Of a DNA stretch of 32,000 bases, positions 8,780-17,608 are shown one piece after another (position 1 is the first letter of the stretch; each line of letters starts with the position of its first letter). The position numbers were made by a program, and so were the translations under genes. The DNA is from Acaryochloris marina MBIC11017 (GTDB lineage: Bacteria; Cyanobacteriota; Cyanobacteriia; Thermosynechococcales; Thermosynechococcaceae): assembly GCF_000018105.1 (NCBI RefSeq), contig NC_009933.1, positions 30,001-62,000 of the forward strand, read 5' to 3'. The notes under the pieces are model-generated. The model had not been told where the DNA came from. It did no database searches and saw only the letters and a program-made list of their open reading frames with translations.

Positions 8780-9568
8780 TCACAATCCCAAAGCCAACTG
8801 CACTTGCGTAACCTCCTTAGCCTCTTGCGGTAGGGGTTCTGGTCTAGTATTTTTCGCGGGGCAATATTTCTGATACCCGCAGCGATCGCAATGCTGTCCC
8901 GCCACGGGTTTCCATTCCTGATCACATCTGAGCTTCATCGCCATATCTTCAATCAGAGACTGGGCTTGCTGGTGATGGTCAGGTGTGACCTCATAGATCA
9001 GTTTCTCATTAGAACGCAAGTAGATTAGACTCAGACGTTTGAGCGCTTTCTTGTAGATCTGTTCCAGTATCAGATAATAAAAACCCAATTGGATATCCAC
9101 GGATGGAGGAGGATTGACGGATTTACTGGTCTTGTAATCAATCAATTCCAGACCATCATCAATATAATCCAAGCGGTCATACCGACCAGACAGGGTAAAT
9201 TCGATGTTGCGGACTTGGAGGGTTGCCCTGACTTTTGTCTCTATCCCCAGCGGTTTACGGATTTGAGGAAGTGGGGCAATGTACCGCTCGTAGTAAAGCT
9301 GCAATGCTGCCCACCCCTCATGGATCTGCGTCGGAGTCAATTCACTGGTATGGTGCTGCCAACAAACAGCAAACCAGTCCAGGGAAGGAAGAGGGTAAGC
9401 GTAGTTCCAATCCTTGTAGACATTGGCTAACGCTGCATGGAGAGCATTGCCAAGCTTGGTGGAGCCGAATATGGTTGGTGAAGGTAATTTATGCTCATAC
9501 CTAAATTGATAGGATTTTGGGCACTGTCCGTAGGTTTTGAGCTTGGTGGCTGACAGGGAATAGGACAT
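8780..9568 (-). CDS. PD-(D/E)XK nuclease family protein, Cas4/AddB-like with 4-Cys cluster
   Basis: The protein has an N-terminal Cys (YGQCPKSY), the nuclease core GRYDRLDY...LELIDYKTSK, and C-terminal CDRCGYQKYC. Confidence 0.8.
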   Translation of the reverse strand: MSYSLSATKLKTYGQCPKSYQFRYEHKLPSPTIFGSTKLGNALHAALANVYKDWNYAYPLPSLDWFAVCWQHHTSELTPTQIHEGWAALQLYYERYIAPLPQIRKPLGIETKVRATLQVRNIEFTLSGRYDRLDYIDDGLELIDYKTSKSVNPPPSVDIQLGFYYLILEQIYKKALKRLSLIYLRSNEKLIYEVTPDHHQQAQSLIEDMAMKLRCDQEWKPVAGQHCDRCGYQKYCPAKNTRPEPLPQEAKEVTQVQLALGL

Positions 9569-9805
9569 GGGCGTGTGTTAGCGCATGAACCTATGGTAGA
9601 TCAGATGTATTAAGTCTCAATCATCGATTCAGTTTTATCGTCTCTTCCTCAGCGGCAATATACTGATCTGCTGCCGCTGAAAAGCCATAAAGTAACGGTG
9701 ACTAAACTTGCCAAAACTCTTTAGGGATTTCCGATCTTGGCTCTCCCTGAACTGTCTTGCTAGCATGGTTCACTGAACACCATTTATTCATCCTTTCCAC
9801 GCTTA

Positions 9806-10015
9806 ATGTCAGAGCAAGATAAATACGCCCCAGCCCCCACTCGAAATACGGAGGAGATTCAGAAGAACTACAACAGCGATGCCAAGGCAATGCGGGCTAA
9901 AGCTGCTAGGGCCAGGATTGCTGCTCGACAGAAAGCGGAACGAGATGCACGGCAGAGAGCGGCGATTGAGAAGATTCCGCTAGAGCATCGATACGTGCCT
10001 GATCAGGCTAGTTAG
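9806..10015 (+). CDS. small Ala/Arg/Lys-rich hypothetical protein
   Basis: 69-aa ATG ORF divergent from the nuclease gene. Its low complexity (AKAMRAKAARARIAARQKAERDARQRAA) makes coding status uncertain. Confidence 0.3.
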   Translation: MSEQDKYAPAPTRNTEEIQKNYNSDAKAMRAKAARARIAARQKAERDARQRAAIEKIPLEHRYVPDQAS

Positions 10016-10017
10016 CA

Positions 10018-10317
10018 TATAGAACCCATTTGAGATCTTTTTATGATGTCGTCAATCCTCTAAAGCCCAGCTAGGAAAGGCATGGAAACAATTTAGCTTT
10101 GGCCTAGATTTAGGGCTCGTTGAAAAACTCTTTTATCTTTCTCTACCATCGTTAGAACCCTGAATCCCCCTTCACCGTGGATGATTTTCGACGATTGGTC
10201 TATTTGATTTGAGGTAACGGCAGTTTTATTAAGGGTCATCCTGAATCCTTGGAGTTGTTGCTGTAAAAGGTTCTTAGGCTACAACGAAAATCACTAAGAT
10301 CTCAAATGGGTTCTATA
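10018..10317. mobile_element. MITE copy B
   Basis: It is 299/300 identical to 1931..2230, with the same orientation and the same 22-bp TIRs. It begins 2 nt after the stop of the 9806..10015 ORF. Confidence 0.85.
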
Positions 10318-10509
10318 GGACTTTCTTTATCAATACTGAGGTAGATCTGCTTTGTGCTAATGTTTACAGCCATTCTGAATGTTCTGGTGTAGAGAGGGTA
10401 CCGAAAAGTTCAACTTATCTGAATCCTGGCCAAAGCCTTTAGGCTCGTAGTTTAGAACCCATTCTCAACATCAATTACAGTTGTAATTTTAAATTTTGCT
10501 CTACGTTCA

Positions 10510-11628
10510 TCAAACTGTGGAATCTGTTTCTATCCAATCGGGTAAATATTCAGAGTGCAGATTGTCATAAGTTGATAAGGTCTCATGATCATGAATAGAT
10601 GGGAGCTGAAGGAAAGGAAGCTTTCCAGAAGATGGCATAGTATTTTTTGCAGATACCAAAGGCAAAGCCTTTTTCTTCGGGGGTAAAGGCTCTGCGACTT
10701 CGTCAGCAGCTTTGTTTAATCGCTCCTGTCCATATCTCTGGGAAGATAGCTTCGATGGGTAGGCAGCATCTACAGTTTTTTTAGCCAAAGTTCGCTGGGG
10801 TAGAATCACATTTTGAAATACGAATTCAACCGTTTCAAATTTGAGCCAGCCCCGAGACACCAAGATTTCTCCAAATCGCATTTCCGTAGAATCTTGATCC
10901 GATAAGACAACTTCTACTTGAGCCAAGGACAATAAGCCTGCGTCAACTAGGTAACTACCAATGCGTTTAATGCCAGGATAGCGGGATGCATCTGTCCGAC
11001 GATGTACTGTTTGTTTTTGTCTCAAACGGTTTTGGCGTTTTTTTGACTGAGTTTTATTAAAGTGCTTTTTCGGTTTGGAGGGTGTGGTGAGAGAGGGTTT
11101 TTCTGTACTTTTCAGCCAACTCAACATATTCAATGGGTTTAATCGCATCCAATGGCCCGAAATTTGAATCGCGATGATACCTCGCTCACAGGCCAAGTTT
11201 TGGATAGGATATAAAACACCTCGATAGAGGATAAGTAAACTCATTAAAGAGCGCTGTTTATTCTCTTTTTCATACCTCCACCAGGCTTGTAATAAGTCTA
11301 GGGAATTAGTAAAGTGAACACTATAGTTTTTAGGAATATCAATAGGTTCATATTCATAAAAACCTGAAATGTTTGACTGGCGGATGGGCAAACATTTTTG
11401 CTTGGCCATAGATTCATGCAACTGTGACCAAAAGCTAGACTTATAACGAATTGAGCTAAAGCGTCGTTTACCAGATAATTTAGCTGTAGCAATTAATCCT
11501 TCAGATTTAGCTAATAGTTGCAAAGTATCTCCAATTGGCTCAAACCTAAGCTCAGCATTGCTCTCAAATGCTGAGTAGCCTGAAAGATAACTTGATACAA
11601 ATACTTTTAAAAGTTCGGCATTGTTCAT
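10510..11628 (-). CDS. hypothetical protein with a C-terminal-half segment resembling the T2SS-E N-terminal (MshEN-like) module
   Basis: 372-aa ORF. YLVDAGLLSLAQVEVVLSDQDSTEMRFGEILVSRGWLKFETVEF matches the LvxaGlit..Ql..aL..Q.....lGeiLv..G pattern of GspE/MshE N-domains. The N-terminal ~200 aa are unassigned, and a basic linker (KKHFNKTQSKKRQNRLRQK) follows. Confidence 0.6.
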   Translation of the reverse strand: MNNAELLKVFVSSYLSGYSAFESNAELRFEPIGDTLQLLAKSEGLIATAKLSGKRRFSSIRYKSSFWSQLHESMAKQKCLPIRQSNISGFYEYEPIDIPKNYSVHFTNSLDLLQAWWRYEKENKQRSLMSLLILYRGVLYPIQNLACERGIIAIQISGHWMRLNPLNMLSWLKSTEKPSLTTPSKPKKHFNKTQSKKRQNRLRQKQTVHRRTDASRYPGIKRIGSYLVDAGLLSLAQVEVVLSDQDSTEMRFGEILVSRGWLKFETVEFVFQNVILPQRTLAKKTVDAAYPSKLSSQRYGQERLNKAADEVAEPLPPKKKALPLVSAKNTMPSSGKLPFLQLPSIHDHETLSTYDNLHSEYLPDWIETDSTV

Positions 11629-11859
11629 AAGGGTAAAGTATGAACTTTAGTTAAGATAATAGAAGCCATTCCATCATACGATTGTTCTCAAACGGGTTGA
11701 GTGATCTATATCAGTGACTGTTATAGATTTTATCTCTCGTGAAATATATTAGGGAAACCACTCAATAAAATTCTCAGATTTCAAACTAAATAGCAGAACG
11801 CTTAAGATCATGGAATAGCTTGATAAAAATGAGAAATAATTAATTTAACCCCAGCGACA

Positions 11860-11915
11860 CCCCTATAATCTCTCCCTGAAGATTCTTCCAATTATTGTCG
11901 TATCTAAGCACCGTT
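11860..11915 (+). repeat. 56-bp direct repeat, copy 1 (pairs with 13813..13868)
   Basis: CCCCTATAATCTCTCCCTGAAGATTCTTCCAATTATTGTCGTATCTAAGCACCGTT vs CCCCCATAACCTCTTCCTGAAGATCCTTCCAGTTATCGTCGTACTACATCACCGTT. By my hand alignment 45/56 positions are identical, and the differences are mostly transitions. Confidence 0.7.
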
Positions 11916-11944
11916 TTAGATTCGTTAAAACACCAGCCATGCAA

Positions 11945-12305
11945 TCACCCTCTCCACCTATCGGTGACCTCAAGATACCCCTACAATGCGGCCAGCGTCC
12001 TGTGCCTTGAGATTCGCTGAATATTCTTCGTCGGCATTCAAGCGTTATGCATCCGCACCAAAGCTGTGCATCTGAGGGAAAATAGGTGCGAGTTGGAAAA
12101 GGGCATAAGCCACTAAATAGTCATGTAGCTGAGGATGCATCGGCACTTCTCGCGTATCCCGCTAGCCATTCATCTGATGCCAGTGAAACAACACCGTGGA
12201 CTCGGGACCACTGGTGTTGACCACATCACTGGTGAGTAATATACAGACTTCACAGATCCTGAATCCGGTATAGAGGCAGACACCGAGCAAGGCTGATAAT
12301 CTCAC
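11945..12305 (-). pseudogene. decayed tyrosine recombinase (phage integrase family) catalytic-domain fragment
   Basis: The - strand translation gives LSALLGVCLYTGFRICEVCIL (Arg-I box), then an in-frame TAG, then ..REVPMHPQLHDYLVAY..MHSF.. and, after a frame change, AL*GYLEVTD (compare the ALQRYLEVT C-termini of cyanobacterial integrases). It has several stops and frame changes and no N-terminal domain. Confidence 0.7.
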
Positions 12306-12567
12306 TTAAATTCAAGATCAAAGCACTCTTGAACATGGGAATAATGGCGAAAGAGTTTCACAAAATATCTACATCGCACTGCCATTTAAACCCCGTTTCA
12401 TATTGACCATAAATCGTCCACTGATGTTGATCTCAGTACGATGTTTTCAGTTCGAAATTACTTGAGAAACCCTTTATTGTTATTTGCCTAAGAAAGTAAA
12501 TAATTAGGCTACTCATAACTAAGGAAAATCATCTTTCATTTAGTAACTTGAAACCAAGATGTAAACC

Positions 12568-13752
12568 ATGAAGTCCTCTAACATTGAGAGTATAAAATCC
12601 TCCCATTGCTGGAAAATAATTGTTGTTGATGATAAAGAACAAGTTCATGCCGTTACTCGTCTGGCACTCCAAAATTTTCAATATAAGCACAAATCTCTAG
12701 AGCTTATTTCAGCCTATTCTAGTAGTGAAGGGCAACAACTATTAGAGCAAAATCCAGATACAGCCGTGCTGTTGCTGGATATAGTCATGGAAAGAGAAGA
12801 TGCTGGTTTAGATCTAGTTAAATATACTCGTGAGAAACTCCATAATCGGTTTATTCGTATAATTCTACGGACAGGTCAACCATGGATTGCTCCCGAACAG
12901 TCCATTATTGAAGAATATGACATCAATGGGTATATTTTAAAGACTGAATTAACCCAGCACAAACTCTTTTGTTTTCTATTAACAGCAATCCGAAACTATC
13001 ACAACTTACTAACTGTAGAAGAGGCTCGTCAGCATATATCTGCCCAAAACCAAGAACTAGAGAACTCTAATCTCATTTTGGAAAAGAAAGTGCAAGAGTA
13101 TACCCAGATATTACAAAAACAAACTTTAGCACTTGTAGAAAATAATAAAAAGCTCGAATTAGAAGTTCAGGCTAAGCTCCATGCTCAACAAAATCTAGAA
13201 ATAATCAATGAAAAGCTTTTTGAGGCGAATAAGAAGCTCTCCTTACTTGCCAACCAAGATGCATTGACAGGTTTGGCTAATCGTCGTTATTTCGATGTGT
13301 ATTTGCAACAAGTTTGGGAATCTGCTCAAGAAAACAAGCATCCATTGAGTATATTGATTTGTGATATTGATTTTTTTAAGGGTTATAACGATAGTTATGG
13401 ACATCCAGAGGGTGATCATTGCCTTCAAAGAGTCTCCCAAATCATTCACCGAGTTGCTGGGAAATCCGAGGGCTTTGCTGCACGTTTTGGTGGTGAAGAG
13501 TTTGCTATAGTTCTACCCAATACCAACCTCATAGACAGTCAAACAATAGCTGATATGTTAAGGTCAGAGATTCATAACGCTCGTCTCCCTCATCGAGCTT
13601 CAACAGTTAGTGAGTATGTAACAGTGAGTATTGGTGTGACCTCGATACAATTTCAGTCAGATGGATCAATAAATGACTTGATCCTTCGGGCCGATCAGGC
13701 CCTCTATGAAGCTAAAAAACTAGGACGTAATCAGTTCGTTACCCTTCACTAG
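12568..13752 (+). CDS. response-regulator receiver / coiled-coil / GGDEF diguanylate cyclase
   Basis: REC features are VVDD, LLLDIVM (phospho-acceptor Asp), LRTGQ and YILK. A long coiled-coil linker follows. The GGDEF domain has the RFGGEEF active site and no RxxD I-site at the usual position upstream. Confidence 0.9.
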   Translation: MKSSNIESIKSSHCWKIIVVDDKEQVHAVTRLALQNFQYKHKSLELISAYSSSEGQQLLEQNPDTAVLLLDIVMEREDAGLDLVKYTREKLHNRFIRIILRTGQPWIAPEQSIIEEYDINGYILKTELTQHKLFCFLLTAIRNYHNLLTVEEARQHISAQNQELENSNLILEKKVQEYTQILQKQTLALVENNKKLELEVQAKLHAQQNLEIINEKLFEANKKLSLLANQDALTGLANRRYFDVYLQQVWESAQENKHPLSILICDIDFFKGYNDSYGHPEGDHCLQRVSQIIHRVAGKSEGFAARFGGEEFAIVLPNTNLIDSQTIADMLRSEIHNARLPHRASTVSEYVTVSIGVTSIQFQSDGSINDLILRADQALYEAKKLGRNQFVTLH

Positions 13753-13812
13753 AATCTATAAGGTTACCCAATTGAAAAGTTACTAACTGAATCTCCTTGT
13801 TTAACAACCCTG

Positions 13813-13868
13813 CCCCCATAACCTCTTCCTGAAGATCCTTCCAGTTATCGTCGTACTACATCACCGTT
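13813..13868 (+). repeat. 56-bp direct repeat, copy 2
   Basis: See 11860..11915. This copy lies 36-91 nt 3' of the stop of the intact recombinase gene, at the same relative position as copy 1 to the recombinase pseudogene. Confidence 0.7.
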
Positions 13869-13903
13869 GCTGCTTTCACTTGGCGTGAAAGCTGCTGAAA
13901 CGT

Positions 13904-14917
13904 TCAAATATCTTCGCCACTTGGTACTTCATCATGCACCTCATAGAATTCCTGCTCTGCCTTCAGCTCAATTCCTCGATCTGAATACCGGACAAAAGAC
14001 TGTTCCGAAGCATGACAGGTAATCCGCCGAGCCAGAACTGAATCCATGTCCTTCATCACCAGCTGAGTCGCTAGGGTATGCCGTCCCCGGTGCGGATGGG
14101 CATTCTCCACCTCGGCAATCTCTGCTATCGCCTTAAAGATCTTGTAGATGCCCCAGTACTGTAATCGCTGACCCTTACTGTTGTTGGAGTGAGAGACAAA
14201 CAACGGTGAATCATTTTCCAGAACATCCCCCTGTTGCTCTCGCCATTGCTTGTACTGGTCAATCGCTTTTCGAGCTTTCTTCAGCAGTGGCACGGTGCCC
14301 ACACTGTCTGCTTTAGCGACTCGAATGGTGATGCGCTGCCCGTCATAGTCCCCGACGTTTAGCCTGTGAATCTCCGATGCCCTCAGCCCATGATCAATCA
14401 GGTGCAGCAAGGCCCGATCTCGGAAGGCATGGAAGCCGCGATCGCAAATGGCTTGATATAGTTTATCCACTTCATCCTGGCTGAATTCTTGGGGCAGCAC
14501 TGGATCGGCCTTAAGCTTTTCTAGTAGCAAAGTTGGGTCTTTGGGGATGTAGTCTCGGACGGTCAGCCATTTGAAGAAGCTCTGTAATGCGGCCAAGTTG
14601 CGGTTAATGGTCGCGTTCCTTCGGAGTTGGCCCCGTTGATTGGGTTCCGTCTTCAGATGATTCTTGTACCGATCCAAATCCCTGGCTGTTATCTCATGCC
14701 ATCCCTTATCCGTCCAGTCCATGAACTGCTTCAAGTCTCGCTCGTATGCTTTGCGGGTGTTGGAGCTAATCTCGCGAGACCTCATAAACTCTCCCACTCG
14801 CATCCATAGCAGATCTGCTGGGGTGGTTTGAGGGGGGTGAGTCCGGGACCGGGCAGTATCGATGGGGGTAATGGCCTGGTCTGCCAATACAATGAGTTTT
14901 ACTTCGGGGACGGTCAT
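13904..14917 (-). CDS. tyrosine recombinase / site-specific integrase
   Basis: It has a SAM-like N-domain (NTRKAYERDLKQFMDW), the Arg-I box DHGLRASEI, HPHRGRHTLAT (H-x-x-R) and a C-terminal H..VRYS (catalytic Tyr region). Confidence 0.9.
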   Translation of the reverse strand: MTVPEVKLIVLADQAITPIDTARSRTHPPQTTPADLLWMRVGEFMRSREISSNTRKAYERDLKQFMDWTDKGWHEITARDLDRYKNHLKTEPNQRGQLRRNATINRNLAALQSFFKWLTVRDYIPKDPTLLLEKLKADPVLPQEFSQDEVDKLYQAICDRGFHAFRDRALLHLIDHGLRASEIHRLNVGDYDGQRITIRVAKADSVGTVPLLKKARKAIDQYKQWREQQGDVLENDSPLFVSHSNNSKGQRLQYWGIYKIFKAIAEIAEVENAHPHRGRHTLATQLVMKDMDSVLARRITCHASEQSFVRYSDRGIELKAEQEFYEVHDEVPSGEDI

Positions 14918-15207
14918 GAGGAGAAGCCTAGGAGCGAGACGCTGTGATGGTTAAGGATGCCATCAATGGAGATTCTACTCCAGATAAATGAGCGGTTGTT
15001 TCGCACCAACATAAGATATGGCCCCAATATCTTTTATTGATTCCATTAGGTTCAAAGGACAAGAGCCATTTTAGTCTGTATCGATGAAAGGATATGCAGT
15101 GAAAGGGTTTTAGATAATTAGACCCATGGAATAAAACCCGAAATGAGTGTATGGGAAGACAAGTGCAATAAAGTTGGGAATAGCTTTACATACGAGATTT
15201 CATATTG

Positions 15208-16266
15208 CTATCCCTTAGCATTGATAGTAATTGTTGACCAGATTTTAATGGTTGCGTCACTGCCTGAGCTAATCAACTTTTTTCCATCAGGGCTAAATTG
15301 AATAGATCTTACAGATTTAGTATGTCCAATTAAATTACCTAAAGGCTTACCCGATAGGGGTTGCCAGAGCTTAATAGATCGGTCATAACTGCCACTTGCC
15401 AAGCTACGTCCATCTGGACTAAAGGCAACAGATAAAACTGGCTCAGTATGCCCCTTTAAAATCTTTAATAGCTTCCCTTGATGGCGTTGCCAGACCTTTA
15501 CACTTTGGTCTTGACTTCCACTAGCTAAATATTGACCATCAGGACTGAAGGAGACAGATTTTACAGCACTTTTATGTCCCTCTAAAGAAAAAGTTAGAGC
15601 AAGCTGTTCTCTCTGCCAAAAGCGAATAACACCATCTCGACTTCCGCTAGCTAACGTCTGGCCATCAGGGCTAAAAGCGAGAGATAGAACATCTTCAGGG
15701 GTAGGCTGAATACGAATCAGTTCACCAGTCTTTAAATTCCAAAGCCTCAAATTTTTATCAGCAGCACTCGCTGCCAAATACTTACCATCAGGAGTTAGGG
15801 CAATTGCACTGACATCATCTTCAGCTTCATCAAGGGTATGAAGATGTTCTCCAGTCTGCAAGTTCCATAAATCAATGCGATTATCCCAACTACCGCTGAC
15901 CAACGTCTGGCCATCCGAACTGATGGCTAATGACGACACCGCATCTTCATGGGCATTCAGAGTAGCTCTTAATTTCCCCGTCTGTAGATTCCAGAGATTA
16001 ATTTTGCCATCATAGCTTCCGCTGGCTAAAGTTTCACCATCCGGACTAATAGAGATGGCATAGACCCATTTATTATGACTCTTTAAAGTCTGCATAGCCA
16101 TGTGAGTGGTGATACCCGCTAATAAAGGATCATGGGGATATGTAGAACTCACTCCTAATTGTTCATGAGCATTAAGGGCATATAAAGCCGCTGTAGTGGA
16201 TAAGATTAGGAACATAACCCAGTTGCGTTTCTGAGGTATTTTGGCCATTCTATTTTTCCTTTTCAT
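15208..16266 (-). CDS. exported/membrane-anchored seven-bladed WD40 repeat protein
   Basis: The N-terminal hydrophobic segment WVMFLILSTTAALYALNA is followed by seven units of the H..V.S..FSPDGQ.LASGS.D..I.LW type. Confidence 0.85.
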   Translation of the reverse strand: MKRKNRMAKIPQKRNWVMFLILSTTAALYALNAHEQLGVSSTYPHDPLLAGITTHMAMQTLKSHNKWVYAISISPDGETLASGSYDGKINLWNLQTGKLRATLNAHEDAVSSLAISSDGQTLVSGSWDNRIDLWNLQTGEHLHTLDEAEDDVSAIALTPDGKYLAASAADKNLRLWNLKTGELIRIQPTPEDVLSLAFSPDGQTLASGSRDGVIRFWQREQLALTFSLEGHKSAVKSVSFSPDGQYLASGSQDQSVKVWQRHQGKLLKILKGHTEPVLSVAFSPDGRSLASGSYDRSIKLWQPLSGKPLGNLIGHTKSVRSIQFSPDGKKLISSGSDATIKIWSTITINAKG

Positions 16267-16309
16267 TGAAGTTGACTAAAGTAATGAGAACTGGGAGTGC
16301 TATTCCTCA

Positions 16310-16891
16310 TCAATTCTTATTTGAAGGTTCTGGAGATTTTGGCTTTTCAGGTGCTTGTTTTGGTGCCTTTTTCAATAAATTGTTTTCATACAATATTCGA
16401 ATTAGAAATAAAAAAGTCACAATTCCTATCATTAATAAAGAAGGGGGTGTTAACCATGTCCAATGCCCCCACATCTTGTCAATGATGTGCCAAAGTAACA
16501 AAAACATTGCCAAGTAAGTCAATTGGTGTAGCTTTTTCCAATTCTTTTTTAGTTTTTTTACGCTCCAATCATTCGATGTGAAAGCTAGTAACAAGAAAAT
16601 AGTGAACGTAAAAATTCCTTGACTATAGATCCAATAGGTTTGAATATCTAGAAAGTCAATTTCTCTTTTTATAATCATCAAATATCCATGAACAATGGAT
16701 AGTATGAATGCAACTAAACCTAATAGACGGCGCTGCAAAAGAAGTTTTTTAGGGATGCCTGTTTCTTTTAGAGATGGAAAGACAATCCTTAAAATTGTAG
16801 GTAATAGGGTAACAACATAAAGCAATGCAGCCCCAAAACCTAGCCAATTTGCATAAGGTGGAGAATCAAGTATAGACATAGAAATGACCAC
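16310..16891 (-). CDS. ferric-reductase-like (MsrQ/YedZ-type) transmembrane haem-binding domain protein
   Basis: The protein has about six hydrophobic helices with conserved His in helices (SIVHGYLMI, KLHQLTY, LLLWHII), as in PF01794-type domains, and a Pro/Lys-rich tail. It lies 43 nt upstream of the WD40 gene on the same strand. Confidence 0.55.
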   Translation of the reverse strand: MVISMSILDSPPYANWLGFGAALLYVVTLLPTILRIVFPSLKETGIPKKLLLQRRLLGLVAFILSIVHGYLMIIKREIDFLDIQTYWIYSQGIFTFTIFLLLAFTSNDWSVKKLKKNWKKLHQLTYLAMFLLLWHIIDKMWGHWTWLTPPSLLMIGIVTFLFLIRILYENNLLKKAPKQAPEKPKSPEPSNKN

Positions 16892-17608
16892 ATAGAAATA
16901 TTTAAGATAAAAAAGCCGATGATTACCGCTATTTATCTCTTTTTCTACTACTATTTTTTTAGTTTGATCTTCTGATAGTTATAAAGCTAGGTTTATTACG
17001 AAAGTGTCTTTCTCTAAAGTAATATTGTTCTCACCACAGAACTTATTGATAAGCATCTTTAGAATAGAAAATTAATCTCTTTAGAAAATAAATACAGAGC
17101 TTTGAATACTGCTATAGGTAAGAGAGTATCGACTAGGCTATGGCTTTTACGAAATTTATAAATCCTCTTACTTATATATCTGAACAAATCAGTATAAATA
17201 CGCGCCTCAACTAAACTTTTTTCAAAAAAACTTAAGCTATTAGTTTACTAATATCTAGTAGATTTATATGTAAATAAAATATTTTTTGGTAAATTAAAAA
17301 ACTTAAATTCAATGTATGTATATATTGTGGAGATTTTGCAAATCTATTCAAGGCATAGTTTGAAAGAAATAAATCTTTTAGAAAAAAATCATATTTGATT
17401 TATTTAATGTATTTTAAATCACGAAAAACATGTGTTACGTTAATCATTAAGCCAGTAGTATTTTTCCTATTTATCTACAAATTTAAATGCATAATTTTTA
17501 TCACGATTACAGATAGATATATACATGGAGTAACTAGTTATTTCCAAACGGCGAATATCAGAATTTCGCAAAATGTACAAATTTTTTAGATATATTCTAG
17601 GGAAAATT

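Noticed and set aside
8701-9504. ORFs 8701..8925 (-), 9089..9430 (+) and 9235..9504 (+)
   Set aside because: They overlap the well-supported PD-(D/E)XK nuclease gene, out of frame or antisense.
9650-9679. Hairpin CAGCGGCA-N14-TGCCGCTG in the divergent intergenic region between the nuclease gene and the 9806 ORF
   Set aside because: It could be an operator or an RNA structure, but it is a single 8-bp inverted repeat with no further support.
16266-16517. + strand ORFs 16266..16517 and 16297..16485
   Set aside because: They are antisense to the ferric-reductase-like membrane gene in AT-rich DNA and have no features of their own.
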